A stretch of 64,000 nt of DNA from a virus (Duplodnaviria > Caudoviricetes), in IMG/VR virus record IMGVR_UViG_3300026442_000101; one strand, 5' to 3'. Below are positions 26,927-36,666 of this stretch, one piece after another. The translations under genes and the position numbers were made by a program. Within the stretch, counting starts at the first letter, position 1, and each line of letters opens with the position of its first letter. The notes beneath the pieces were generated by a model. That model saw nothing but the letters and a program-made list of their open reading frames with translations. It did no database searches and was not told the origin of the DNA.

Positions 26927-28239
26927 CAGTCTTCCTCAGAATCGACTTGATCAGTGGTGGTCAGATGGGTTAGCCAGCGGCAAAGATTGTGCTGCACATC
27001 TTCGTCACTCAACTGACTGGTCAGACGACCGGTCATACACATCGGAATGCTGATGGTCGGCATCAGGCCGCGATCGATCAGGTGGACATTCATCACCCCA
27101 TGTCGAGTACAGTTCACCGATACGCCAGTGATGTATTCGGCGAACTCGCAGATTGCGTTACGCATCTCTTCCATGAGACGCTCCATGACCTTCTGTGCGA
27201 TCTCATCACCGTAAGGGACGCCGATGGTATCCATCAAGGTGGTGAAATGCGGGATGAAAGTCGCGCCGTTATACACGACGTTGAGCGTGTCGAGGTTGAG
27301 TTCGGACATCGTCGACAGAGTCGCGCGGTAGATGCGGTTGAGGATGTGTCGATATTCCGGATCCGAAGCTTCGATAGTTTCATCGAACGACTTCACGATG
27401 ATCTCCGGCCCGAAGGTGGTTGGGATGCCACTGAAAATCCTGACCAACTCACCGAACGTAACGTAACCGTCCGAAGCGAACTGCGTATCGCGACTGAGCC
27501 TGTCGAGGAACATGACGTGACTGAGTGGTCGAGTTTCCGTCGCGTAACTCATCTGCTCCAAGGTATCATGAGGAGCTGCGTCGAGGTCGAACTCTTTCGC
27601 AACACCGTCGTATGCCCGCAGGATCTCGTCCAGCCATTCTCTCGAAGACTCGGTGAGTACCGGCACCAGTCGCACCGTAGTCGGAACGCCAGTCAGGTTG
27701 AGTGCAGGGCTACCTATCCGAGTGTGTGCTCCTAACACCGCCTCGGAGATCGTACGGTTGATGAGGTCGCCCGGACGAAGGCTGTAGAGTCTCTCATCGA
27801 TGCGATGAGTCGGCGGGACGACGTGGTCATCAGTGATCGTCTGCACGAGAGGACCATGCGGTGTGTTGAGCTGACGATAGGTAGTCACGCGGTCGAAGTA
27901 CAGCTTGGCATCGTGATCGACCAACCCACCCATGCTGACGACACTGGCGTCTTCAGTGAAGCCCGTAACGACAGCAGTCTGCTTACCGAACCCTGGACCA
28001 CCGACATTGCTCTCCATGGTCAGGGTGAACGCGTAGCGCGGTTGATCGTTGCCGCCCGGGATGGTGACTTCCCGCCCGTCGCGCAATGAGATCGACAGAG
28101 CGTCGTCGATCAGTTCGTCACGTTGGATATGACAACGCATACCTGGAGTGAGAATCGGATAAGCGACCAGCTTTGGAACTGGGCTCAGCTGGCGGAAGTT
28201 GATGGAGACAGCATCGTAGGTTTCGATCTGAATATGCAT
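26926..28239 (-). CDS. Probable homolog/paralog of the phiKZ nvRNAP sigma-like subunit gp68
   Basis: Collinear motifs RYAFTLT..GFT..D..LYFDRVT..LRPGDL..S..WL..IL..Y..FL..L.RD....GYVTFGEL match my recollection of gp68; not verified by a search. Confidence 0.6.
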   Translation of the reverse strand: MHIQIETYDAVSINFRQLSPVPKLVAYPILTPGMRCHIQRDELIDDALSISLRDGREVTIPGGNDQPRYAFTLTMESNVGGPGFGKQTAVVTGFTEDASVVSMGGLVDHDAKLYFDRVTTYRQLNTPHGPLVQTITDDHVVPPTHRIDERLYSLRPGDLINRTISEAVLGAHTRIGSPALNLTGVPTTVRLVPVLTESSREWLDEILRAYDGVAKEFDLDAAPHDTLEQMSYATETRPLSHVMFLDRLSRDTQFASDGYVTFGELVRIFSGIPTTFGPEIIVKSFDETIEASDPEYRHILNRIYRATLSTMSELNLDTLNVVYNGATFIPHFTTLMDTIGVPYGDEIAQKVMERLMEEMRNAICEFAEYITGVSVNCTRHGVMNVHLIDRGLMPTISIPMCMTGRLTSQLSDEDVQHNLCRWLTHLTTTDQVDSEED

Positions 28240-28285
28240 TATAAAGCTCCGGCATAAGTGGGGCGGTTTCCCGCCCCTAATTAGA

Positions 28286-28900
28286 TTACATGTTGTCGAT
28301 CAGGCGGCGTTGTTCGGCGAGCTCATCGCCGAATACATCAAGATACATTTTCGGATATCGCGCATAGCCAGCCGCTGCACCAAACTTCTCTTTGATGTGC
28401 TCGATCGCAGGCTTCATCGCTTCGTTGCGACTCATCCCTTGATTCATGCGATACAGCACAGCGCGTTCAACCATCAAACCGATGTTCCCTGGTAACTCTC
28501 GATCAGCTGAAGCCATCAGCTCCGCGAACATACTCGGATACCCGCCCTCGTACGACGCTCGGTGATACTGACATCCAAGCGCCACCTGTTCTCGATCGGT
28601 GATATCCAACTCAGTGATCATCTTGTAATCAGTGCTGCGCACCCACTCAGCGCTCAGCAGATGGTGGTTGTGTCGCTGATGAGCAAACATATCGTGGAAG
28701 TGCGCGACCAGCATGATCAGCTTGGGATCATACCCCAACCCTAACCGATCGTTGATTACATTCCCGCACAATTCAACCCGAGTGAAATGATCTACTCGAT
28801 GCGCTTTGTCATTGACTTCCCACGCCTTGGTGAAGTCTTCGATAACCTTGTTTCTTAATTCATCAAGCATTGCGTTATCCTTTCGGATGTTGTTGTTCAT
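28286..28900 (-). CDS. HD-domain phosphohydrolase
   Basis: HRVDH...HFHDM...HHLLS...HRAS...AD pattern; probable start at about 28870. Confidence 0.75.
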   Translation of the reverse strand: MNNNIRKDNAMLDELRNKVIEDFTKAWEVNDKAHRVDHFTRVELCGNVINDRLGLGYDPKLIMLVAHFHDMFAHQRHNHHLLSAEWVRSTDYKMITELDITDREQVALGCQYHRASYEGGYPSMFAELMASADRELPGNIGLMVERAVLYRMNQGMSRNEAMKPAIEHIKEKFGAAAGYARYPKMYLDVFGDELAEQRRLIDNM

Positions 28901-28991
28901 GACTACAATGTAGTATTCAAATTCGTTTGACTGCGCGATACCAATTTTATGTCAACTCTTTCTTTCACCACAGATAAATTCGGAGTCATCT

Positions 28992-31900
28992 ATGTTTGCA
29001 GGAATCAAAAGAAGGCTGGGACTGGTGGAAGTCACCACCACCCCGACCTATATCGTGGTGGAAGGATTCAGTACCTTATCGTTCACCAAGGACATGTATC
29101 GCGTATGGGGTAACAACACCATCGCCAAGTACATGTTCTCTCAAGTACGGTCGAGCGAATTCAAGCTGCGACACTTCTTCGGCCTCGACTTCCTCTACAT
29201 CTGCCGTCGCCTCTACGACGAGAAATACACCAGCATGCCAAAGCGTATCCTGGGTAAGATCATCGAGGAGCTCGAAGAGAAGACCTGGCTCGGCCAAGTC
29301 GGTAAGGACATCACTCCGATCACTGACATCAGTGTAGCCGACAAGACCGTAAGCTTCACCCTGAAGCCATTCCAGCGTGAGTTCGTGGAAGTGTTCGGGA
29401 AGATGGTCCCAGCCTACCGTCTGAAGGGCTACATGCTCGATGCAGGTGCAGGTACCGGTAAGACCGTCACAGACCTCGTTATCGCAGCGTCCCTGCATGC
29501 CAACAAGGTAATCATCGTCACGCCAAAGAACGCCGCAGAGCGCGTCTGGGAAGCTACCATCAAGGACATCGTCCTGAAGAAGCAACCCTACTGGCTGTCG
29601 GTGGGTAACAAGCCGCCTAGCGTCAACGACTACTACTTCATCTGCCACTACGAGTCGCTCGAGCAGATGCTGGCGTTTGTCAAGGCAAACCCACAGGCGT
29701 TCAAGAACACTTTCGTCATCCTTGACGAGTCGCACAACTTCAACCGCATCGCATCGGACCGTACCCAGTTCTTCATCGAGCTGTGCAACCTCCCTCAGGT
29801 TACCTACAACCTCTGGGCTTCTGGTACCCCGATCCAGGCGCTGGGCACTGAGTGCATCCCGTTCCTGAAGTGTGTTGACCCGCTGTTTGACAGCTACTGC
29901 GAAGAAGCCTTCCGTAAGATCTACGGTCGTGACGCTAAGCGCGCTAACGACATCCTGCGTAACCGCATCGGTCACCTCAAGTATCACGTACCTCAACAGG
30001 ACGTGGTCCATACCGAGGTTATCGTTGAGACCGTCAAAGTCTCGATGCCTAACGCGAAGGATTACACCCTCGAGAACATCGGTAAGCTGCTGCGTGAGTT
30101 CATCGACAAGCGTCGTGAGCATTACGCCAAACACCGACTGGACTATGTCAAGTTCTACGAGGATGGCCTGAAGGTCTTCAAGCAGACGCTCAAGACTGAC
30201 CAGCAGAAGCGTCAGTTCGAAGCGTACCAGTCTGCATTCAAAGTCATCGCCGGTCGTTTTGATCCGCAGACGATGAAGGCTGAAGCACAGCTCTGTAACC
30301 AGTACGAGCTCAAGACCATCATCCCGGTCCTGAACAATCCGCTGAAGAACAACTTCAAAGGTGCTCGTTCGGTTATCAAGTACGTCGACCTCAAGATCAT
30401 GGGCGAGGCACTCGGCACCATCGTTGGCGGTATGCGCTCGAAGTGTCACGTCGAGATGGTCAAGCACATCGACTTCAACAAGTACATCGACGACGCTGAG
30501 AAGAAGACGCTGATCTTCACCAGCTACGTCGAGGTCCTCGAGTCGGTGGCTGATATCGTCGACAGCAACGGCTATAAGTCTGGGCGCGTCTACGGCGCTA
30601 CCAACAAAGACTTGGCATCGATCGTGGGTCAGTTCTACAAAGACGAAGACCTCAATCCGCTGTGCGCTACCTACCAGTCACTCTCGACTGCGGTACCTCT
30701 CACTGCGGCCAACACGATCCTCATGATCAACCAGCCGTTCCGTGACGCTATCCGTACACAGACCATCGCTCGTGCAAACCGTCTTGGTCAGGACAAGAAC
30801 GTCTACGTGTTCGACTTCCTGCTCGACACTGGCGACATGCCGAACATCTCGACGCGCAGTAATGACATCCTGCTCTGGAGTCAGAACCAAGTGTCGCAGA
30901 TCCTTGGCGTGAATAACGTCGACGTGGATACGCTGGCATTGGAATCCGCGTCCGTTGATGAGTACTCGACTGAGGTGTTCGATCTGCTTGTCGACGCTGG
31001 TGACCTGCTCGCACAAATCCTCGGTATTGACAAGTTCCTTGACCGCATCGGGGCTCGTACGAACTTGACTAACCAAGGCCGGACAGGTTGGGGTAACGAA
31101 GCTTACTCGAAAGAGAGTGTGGGCTTTGATGTCCCGCATTACCTGTACCACGGCTCGATGTATAAGCAGGGCGAACTCATGCCTGGCTTCCAGCGCTCCG
31201 GTGAGCTGGTTCGTTGGGATGGCGTGGAGTCGAACGAGTGGCTGTACGCAACCACCGATCGTGAAGATGCGATCATGTTGGGGATTGGCTCGGCTCTTGA
31301 GAAAGAGTTCCGTGTCGATCGATATTCGTACGATGCCAAGACTCGTAAGCTGGTCATTACCTCGCCGGACAACATCACTCCCGCTGACGTCAGAAAGGCC
31401 CAGGTCTTCCTGTACACCATCAAGGGTGAGAACTCTGACGAGTGGCTGCCGAACTTCAATCAGCAGAACGGCATCGAGAACGAGTATAAGACCCAGAACA
31501 CTATCGATGAATCGATCATCAAGACCGAGCAAGTCGATATCAGTAAGGTGCTCGCCAACTACCGTCTCGAGATCGTCAAGTCGAAAGCGGAATACTCGAC
31601 CGAAAGCTTCTCGCAGGTGATGAGTAACCTGAAGAAGATGATCTTCGGCGATAATCGCGAAGACAAGAAGAAACACCTACCGACTAAACCTTGGATGAGC
31701 ACCAAGGAAATTAAAGCGCTGCTTGAATACATCGATGATTACTTCGGCAACGATTCCTGGCTGTCTAAACAACAGTTCAACGTCGACGTCCCAAGTAACG
31801 GCATCATCCAGGCGTTGTCGTACGACGGTAAGTTCACGACCACCAATCCGATGTCGGCTATCAATGGTCATCTCAATGACTACAAGACGAAGGCTGCCAA

Positions 31901-32471
31901 GTTTGCGTCCCAACTCAAAGAGATGGACAGTGCGGTGCAGCGGGTTTACGGCAAGTATGAGAAACCACTCATCGCCGCTGCCAAGGCTGATCAGCACGAC
32001 AAGTTTGAAGAGCTGATCAGAGAAGCGGTCAAGGCCTACGACGACATCCCGGTGCCGATGGCCAAGATGACTCCCGTCAAGGTGATCGGCAGTGTCGAGG
32101 TCTACTTCGACAAGAACGACCGCTGGATGTTTGGCGGTAACGTTGAGGGTAAGGAAACTGAGGTCAAGTCCCCTGCCCGCATTCCGGCACTCGATCGCAA
32201 CGGCTTTATCGCTGCGGTTAAGATCATCCGCGAGTGCTTGAAGATGCGCGAAAGCAGTGACTTCTATCAGTCATGGCTGGACTTCGAAGATGGTAGTGAT
32301 TTCTCGAATGTAATCCATGAGTACGACGAAATGCTGTACATGGATTACTACGATCAATACTACCACCAGACCGTAGGGCAAGCCATCGTCGAAGGGTTCC
32401 CTGATTCTTCCTCTGTTGGTGGTGATGTCATCATTGCGTTGATGGCCTGGATGGAACGCAGTATCAAGTAA
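28992..32471 (+). CDS. Virion SF2 (SNF2/DEAD-like) helicase fused to an ART-like domain and a head-protein-like domain
   Basis: DAGAGTGKT, ILDESHN, SGTP and QTIARANRLGQ motifs in aa 1-640; then LALES/YSKES; LYHGS..L.PG..LYAT..ENEY; YSTES; C-terminal domain. Confidence 0.8.
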   Translation: MFAGIKRRLGLVEVTTTPTYIVVEGFSTLSFTKDMYRVWGNNTIAKYMFSQVRSSEFKLRHFFGLDFLYICRRLYDEKYTSMPKRILGKIIEELEEKTWLGQVGKDITPITDISVADKTVSFTLKPFQREFVEVFGKMVPAYRLKGYMLDAGAGTGKTVTDLVIAASLHANKVIIVTPKNAAERVWEATIKDIVLKKQPYWLSVGNKPPSVNDYYFICHYESLEQMLAFVKANPQAFKNTFVILDESHNFNRIASDRTQFFIELCNLPQVTYNLWASGTPIQALGTECIPFLKCVDPLFDSYCEEAFRKIYGRDAKRANDILRNRIGHLKYHVPQQDVVHTEVIVETVKVSMPNAKDYTLENIGKLLREFIDKRREHYAKHRLDYVKFYEDGLKVFKQTLKTDQQKRQFEAYQSAFKVIAGRFDPQTMKAEAQLCNQYELKTIIPVLNNPLKNNFKGARSVIKYVDLKIMGEALGTIVGGMRSKCHVEMVKHIDFNKYIDDAEKKTLIFTSYVEVLESVADIVDSNGYKSGRVYGATNKDLASIVGQFYKDEDLNPLCATYQSLSTAVPLTAANTILMINQPFRDAIRTQTIARANRLGQDKNVYVFDFLLDTGDMPNISTRSNDILLWSQNQVSQILGVNNVDVDTLALESASVDEYSTEVFDLLVDAGDLLAQILGIDKFLDRIGARTNLTNQGRTGWGNEAYSKESVGFDVPHYLYHGSMYKQGELMPGFQRSGELVRWDGVESNEWLYATTDREDAIMLGIGSALEKEFRVDRYSYDAKTRKLVITSPDNITPADVRKAQVFLYTIKGENSDEWLPNFNQQNGIENEYKTQNTIDESIIKTEQVDISKVLANYRLEIVKSKAEYSTESFSQVMSNLKKMIFGDNREDKKKHLPTKPWMSTKEIKALLEYIDDYFGNDSWLSKQQFNVDVPSNGIIQALSYDGKFTTTNPMSAINGHLNDYKTKAAKFASQLKEMDSAVQRVYGKYEKPLIAAAKADQHDKFEELIREAVKAYDDIPVPMAKMTPVKVIGSVEVYFDKNDRWMFGGNVEGKETEVKSPARIPALDRNGFIAAVKIIRECLKMRESSDFYQSWLDFEDGSDFSNVIHEYDEMLYMDYYDQYYHQTVGQAIVEGFPDSSSVGGDVIIALMAWMERSIK

Positions 32472-32520
32472 TATAGGGGCGGACTACGGTCCGCCAACCT
32501 TAACAACAGCGAGTATCAAC

Positions 32521-33600
32521 ATGCAAACTCTCCTGAGCGATATCCTGAATACCTACGGCGTCGAGTCGGGTCTGATCACTCCAGAACCCGCCGTTGTCGA
32601 GATCCCGCCTGATGACAACGACACCATCGACGGCGACCTGTCTCAGCTGATCGAGCACAGCGCTAACGAGATCGATCGCGGCGTGGCGCTGGTGCAGTCG
32701 CTCGACTCGATGTCCGAGCGAGTGGAAGCTGGCGACATCACCGAAGCTGCGATGGAAAGCTATCGCTTCAACTTGGAATGTTTGCTGCGCTCCAGCGGCC
32801 TGGGTATCCCGGTTGACCTGATTGCCCCTTCGTTCGAAGCGGCGGAAGCCGACAAGAAGACCGTGGGTCAGAAAGTCAAAGGCGCCATCGACGCTGCCAT
32901 CAAATGGATCCGCGAAAAGGTCAAGGCGCTGCTTGCCCTGTTCACTCGCGGTAGCGCCAAGACCAAAGCCAAGGCCGAAGAAGCGAAGAAGGCCGAGGAA
33001 GACGCAAAAGCGTACGCGAAGAAGTACTCCGACGATGGCATCAAGCGCCTGGCTTCTGACGGCTTCGCCGAGAAGTACAAATCGCAGGAAGGTTCGGGCG
33101 TCAAGGTCAAGTCGATGAAGCGCCTGCCGGGCTGGATGGTCAAAGGCGACCAGATCAACTGGGGTGAGCTGGACAAGATCATCGCCGTTTGCAATGGCAC
33201 TCAGGTCAAGAACCTGATGCAGGGCGAAGTGAAGGGCGGTACTCCTGATCACTTCCGGACCGAGATCGGCCACATCATGGCCTCGTTCCCAGCCAACGGC
33301 AATGGCGACGACAACAAGCAAGAGTACGAAGTGGATATTCCGAAAATCGCGGAGTACATCGGCAAGTTCACCGCGTGCATCGTCAGCATCCACGGCCAGT
33401 CCGAAGACCTGCAAGGTACCATCAAAGGGATGGAGAAACGCATCGCGCGCTTCGAGTCCCAAGGTCGCGAGATGAAGCCTGAGGAGAAGAAGCAAATCCT
33501 GGACGACATCCAGGTATTCAGCATGGCAGTTGCTGCCGCTGACCGCATCATCATGCGCCCAGCGTTGGTACTGAAATGGCTGAAGGGCATCCTCGCCTAA
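32521..33600 (+). CDS. Inner head protein (phiKZ-type, propeptide with x-x-E sites)
   Basis: Acidic propeptide YGVES..AAMESY..SFEA, then K..I.AAIKWIREKV helix typical of phiKZ inner-body proteins. Confidence 0.7.
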   Translation: MQTLLSDILNTYGVESGLITPEPAVVEIPPDDNDTIDGDLSQLIEHSANEIDRGVALVQSLDSMSERVEAGDITEAAMESYRFNLECLLRSSGLGIPVDLIAPSFEAAEADKKTVGQKVKGAIDAAIKWIREKVKALLALFTRGSAKTKAKAEEAKKAEEDAKAYAKKYSDDGIKRLASDGFAEKYKSQEGSGVKVKSMKRLPGWMVKGDQINWGELDKIIAVCNGTQVKNLMQGEVKGGTPDHFRTEIGHIMASFPANGNGDDNKQEYEVDIPKIAEYIGKFTACIVSIHGQSEDLQGTIKGMEKRIARFESQGREMKPEEKKQILDDIQVFSMAVAAADRIIMRPALVLKWLKGILA

Positions 33601-33607
33601 AAAAAAC

Positions 33608-33644
33608 AGCATAAGGCCCCGGCAAACGCCGGGGCTCTATGTCG
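33608..33644. terminator. Bidirectional terminator
   Basis: CAGCATAAGGCCCCGGC-AAAC-GCCGGGGCTCTATG between convergent genes. Confidence 0.75.
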
Positions 33645-33935
33645 TCAATTCAGAAGTAACCAACTAGGCCGATCCTTCCGGAACTTACGTTCTTCTTTCT
33701 TCGCCTCACTCACATCTACGGCAGGGTAGAACCTCACCTTGATGTCCTCCCTCGGCCCATAGACGCGCTGCAACCTAGGACAGTTCATCTTGCCGTCTTC
33801 CAGATCACGCTTGATCTTGAGTAAGGCGGTTTGCATCTGAGTGGACGTACCGGTGTAGACCTTTCCGGTATCGACCATCTCGATAACGAAGAAGCCCGGC
33901 ACATCCATGTCTGTCTTTAGGTGCAGCTTTCTCAT
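33645..33935 (-). CDS. Degenerate GIY-YIG-like protein
   Basis: GFFVI...GKVYTGTS...RLQRVY; the catalytic Arg position appears to be Ala. Confidence 0.55.
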   Translation of the reverse strand: MRKLHLKTDMDVPGFFVIEMVDTGKVYTGTSTQMQTALLKIKRDLEDGKMNCPRLQRVYGPREDIKVRFYPAVDVSEAKKEERKFRKDRPSWLLLN

Positions 33936-33945
33936 CTAATCCTCT

Positions 33946-34368
33946 CTATACAGCAAACTTCTCAGAGGTGGTCGAGAAGTTACGTTTGGCGAAGAGGCGA
34001 ACACCGGCGTAGAAGATCCATGCCCGCCATTTAGCGATACCCTCAGCCCGTAGAGCGCGATAGAAGATCTGATCACACTCCTTACGGGTTGGGTAATAGA
34101 ACCGACCAGGCTCCACCTCAATCCCGTACCCGCTATACAGCCAGTCGTGGATGGTGGCGCTCTTGTCCCCGTAACTCATGAGCAGAGCGTAGAACAAGAA
34201 CGTGAGGATGTTGTACAGGGCATCGATCGAAGCGTAGTCGGTAACGAAACCTTTCCTCGCAGTGATGAGACCCAGACCACTCTGGTCGTTGAAGCTGAAG
34301 TCATCGAGGAGCAGATTTTCCTGACGACTCAGTTGACGTGTGTCGAAGTTACTGAACAGCTTAGCCAT
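33946..34368 (-). CDS. DUF1353-family protein
   Basis: GFVTDYASI...A.IHDWLY...D.IFY.AL...G...W....Y.GVR. Confidence 0.8.
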   Translation of the reverse strand: MAKLFSNFDTRQLSRQENLLLDDFSFNDQSGLGLITARKGFVTDYASIDALYNILTFLFYALLMSYGDKSATIHDWLYSGYGIEVEPGRFYYPTRKECDQIFYRALRAEGIAKWRAWIFYAGVRLFAKRNFSTTSEKFAV

Positions 34369-34408
34369 GGTGATGATCCGTCAATGCCCTATAGTGGGCA
34401 TACGAATA

Positions 34409-34870
34409 TCACCGGAAGTCAGGATGTGGGGTGTTTTCCTTCTTCCGGTCCATGACCCAACAGAACCAAAGGAACCCGACGAGAACGGTACAGATCGCCG
34501 AAACTATAACGGCTACAAACCACCATGGGGTACTGGTGACGTTAGGGTCGAACTTATAGCGCACTACGTTGATGTCGTAAACGATCCCACGTTTACCTGA
34601 CTTGTACGTCTGATAGACACCGCCGCTTATCGGATGTTCGAAGCCCGCTTTGGTCTTCTTATCGACGAAGTAGCCCATCCAGTTTTCTTCTAGATGACTC
34701 TTGGAACCGCTCAAGTAGCTCCACGCTTGAGTCAGTTCCGCGGAGCGCACAACCCGTTCGGTCGGATAACTTGATTTACCGTCGGCGTAATTAGTCAGCC
34801 AGATGAACCCAACGAGCAGAATCGCATAAATGCAGTCCACCCAATACATCTTTTTATTCTTCCCAAGCAT
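34409..34870 (-). CDS. Two-TM membrane protein
   Basis: Hydrophobic segments at the N- and C-termini. Confidence 0.6.
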   Translation of the reverse strand: MLGKNKKMYWVDCIYAILLVGFIWLTNYADGKSSYPTERVVRSAELTQAWSYLSGSKSHLEENWMGYFVDKKTKAGFEHPISGGVYQTYKSGKRGIVYDINVVRYKFDPNVTSTPWWFVAVIVSAICTVLVGFLWFCWVMDRKKENTPHPDFR

Positions 34871-34971
34871 GGTAGTCTCCTTGTAGTTATAGCACAGGGC
34901 GGTTTTGTAACAAAAAAAAAGAGGGCGGTTTCCCGCCCCTAAAGGGGATGTCCAGTCTGACCTTTCGGTCG

Positions 34972-35226
34972 CTAAAGTACTTGGCCTTGACGGCCGAGTT
35001 CATTCACTACGAATTTGTAGATGTCACCCTGCATACCCAACAGCTCCTTACGGCGCATGTCGATGTAGTCGACTTGAACGTGCGGACTCGTGCCGAAACG
35101 TTTCAACGCATCGGCTTTATAGCTCAACTCCTGTGCCTCTTCGAGCAAGTTGTTGAAGAACTCGTCCGGGTCCTCGTCATCTACGTCACCTCGGTAGTGA
35201 CTTATCTTGAATAACTCTGCCATCAC
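34972..35226 (-). CDS. Hypothetical protein
   Basis: 84 aa; followed by a hairpin and T-tract. Confidence 0.55.
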   Translation of the reverse strand: MMAELFKISHYRGDVDDEDPDEFFNNLLEEAQELSYKADALKRFGTSPHVQVDYIDMRRKELLGMQGDIYKFVVNELGRQGQVL

Positions 35227-35234
35227 ATTTTCCT

Positions 35235-35414
35235 TTATGCTGCCAAGGCGGCTTCGGCCTCATCGATCTTTGCAGACCAGTGGTTAGCTTCGTCAGAGTT
35301 AACGCCGTGGTTACGCATGGCGCGTTCGAACAGCTTCTCAGCCATCCGCTTTTCCCTCAGGAGGGAATCGGTGACTTCGTTGCTGCGGGTGTTACCAAAC
35401 AGGAAATTAAGCAT
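35235..35414 (-). CDS. Hypothetical protein
   Basis: MLNFLFGNTRS...; GGAGG RBS; promoter motif at 35485. Confidence 0.55.
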   Translation of the reverse strand: MLNFLFGNTRSNEVTDSLLREKRMAEKLFERAMRNHGVNSDEANHWSAKIDEAEAALAA

Positions 35415-35484
35415 CGCGATTACCTCCTTCGGTGTTATGCGATTGGTGTTCCTTGAGCCGTCATGTTGCACAACTCACGCTGAG

Positions 35485-35496
35485 TATGTATGACTG
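35485..35496 (-). promoter_or_regulatory. Promoter-like motif CAGTCATACATA
   Basis: Identical 12-mer to the copy at 9755. Confidence 0.6.
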
Positions 35497-35516
35497 AAAT
35501 TCTTTTTAATGCGATT

Positions 35517-35810
35517 TCAGGCACGCTGCCGATGCTGGCAAGTATTGAGATGGACTAACTGTTTCTCGAGCAGTATATCGATGGAGTCAGAAATCTCGCG
35601 CATCTTACCCATGACCTCGCGGATACGATCGGTAATCTCGGTCGTATCTTCGTGGCGCATTTGCATTTCCTGACGTTCAGTCGACAACTGCCCGTATTTA
35701 GCATCCAGAGCCAAACGACGACTACGCAGGTCCGCTACGGCACGGCCGTAGTCTACGCTTTGTTGTACGAAGTCTTCGTCGTAGCTGACTACCTGGTTAA
35801 CATGTGACAT
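35517..35810 (-). CDS. Hypothetical coiled-coil protein
   Basis: 97-aa ORF. Confidence 0.55.
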   Translation of the reverse strand: MSHVNQVVSYDEDFVQQSVDYGRAVADLRSRRLALDAKYGQLSTERQEMQMRHEDTTEITDRIREVMGKMREISDSIDILLEKQLVHLNTCQHRQRA

Positions 35811-36256
35811 AGATAAAGCTCACTCTCATCTGTAGTGGTTTGGTTAAGTGCGAATTCCAGATTGTGCTCAAAGTAGGCGTGTTCAGGAATCGCATCTGCG
35901 ATGCAGCTGTACTTAAAGCACAGCCTGTCCTCTAATCGGACGATCTTGATTTGCTCGCTGTCTCCAGCCTTGCGGAAGTAGTACCAGCGTCTGAAGCGTT
36001 GTGCAGCAGTGATGCACTTCGCGATAGCGAGAGCGTCAACATCCAGCAGCTTCATCAGAAGGACGCCTTCTGAAACGGTTGTTGGCTTTCCAGCGACTTG
36101 GGGCTCGAGCACTTTGTCGCTTACAGTCCAATGACCGCACCGCCAAATGAAACAATTATCTTCCTTGTCCGCATACTTCGGCAAAGGTCCTAGGCTCTCT
36201 GCAGCGGCGGCATTATGTGTTATCACATGGTAGAACATAGGGCCACCTATTATCAC
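35789..36256 (-). CDS. Hypothetical protein
   Basis: 155-aa ORF downstream of a promoter motif (36273-36284). Confidence 0.55.
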   Translation of the reverse strand: MIIGGPMFYHVITHNAAAAESLGPLPKYADKEDNCFIWRCGHWTVSDKVLEPQVAGKPTTVSEGVLLMKLLDVDALAIAKCITAAQRFRRWYYFRKAGDSEQIKIVRLEDRLCFKYSCIADAIPEHAYFEHNLEFALNQTTTDESELYLCHMLTR

Positions 36257-36330
36257 GGTTCATCCTGTCGATTATGTATGACCGAATAAACTTTAACAGC
36301 ATATAGGCCGGGGATTACCCGGCCTATATG

Positions 36331-36663
36331 TCATTTGCAAACGCCTTCCTTACAGGTGAGGATGTTGACCTCATCTTTCTTGAGGGCGTTGTAGTTGCGC
36401 GTATTATCCAAGCGGATGTTGCACGCACCCACCAGACCGATCTGTTTGATGTACAGACCGCTCCAGAAGTCCACCTGCTCCTGGAGAGACATCTGACGGT
36501 ATTCATCAGGTTCTGCCGGAGAGAGTACCGGACAGTCTTTCAACCACCGATCGTCGATGACAGCGTACTTGGTGACGGTACGCTCTACGATGACCTCTTT
36601 GACCTTGGGAGCACAACCTGTGATCAAGATCGAGAAACACGCTACGGACAGAATCCTGAACAC
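36331..36663 (-). CDS. o-spanin (Rz1-like lipoprotein)
   Basis: Signal peptide with lipobox ITGC; Pro-rich CPVLSPAEP; directly after the i-spanin. Confidence 0.75.
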   Translation of the reverse strand: MFRILSVACFSILITGCAPKVKEVIVERTVTKYAVIDDRWLKDCPVLSPAEPDEYRQMSLQEQVDFWSGLYIKQIGLVGACNIRLDNTRNYNALKKDEVNILTCKEGVCK

Positions 36664-36666
36664 TTG

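Noticed and set aside
29076-31676. Long minus-strand ORFs (463 and 332 aa) antisense to the helicase polyprotein
   Set aside because: Shadow frames of a well-supported gene.
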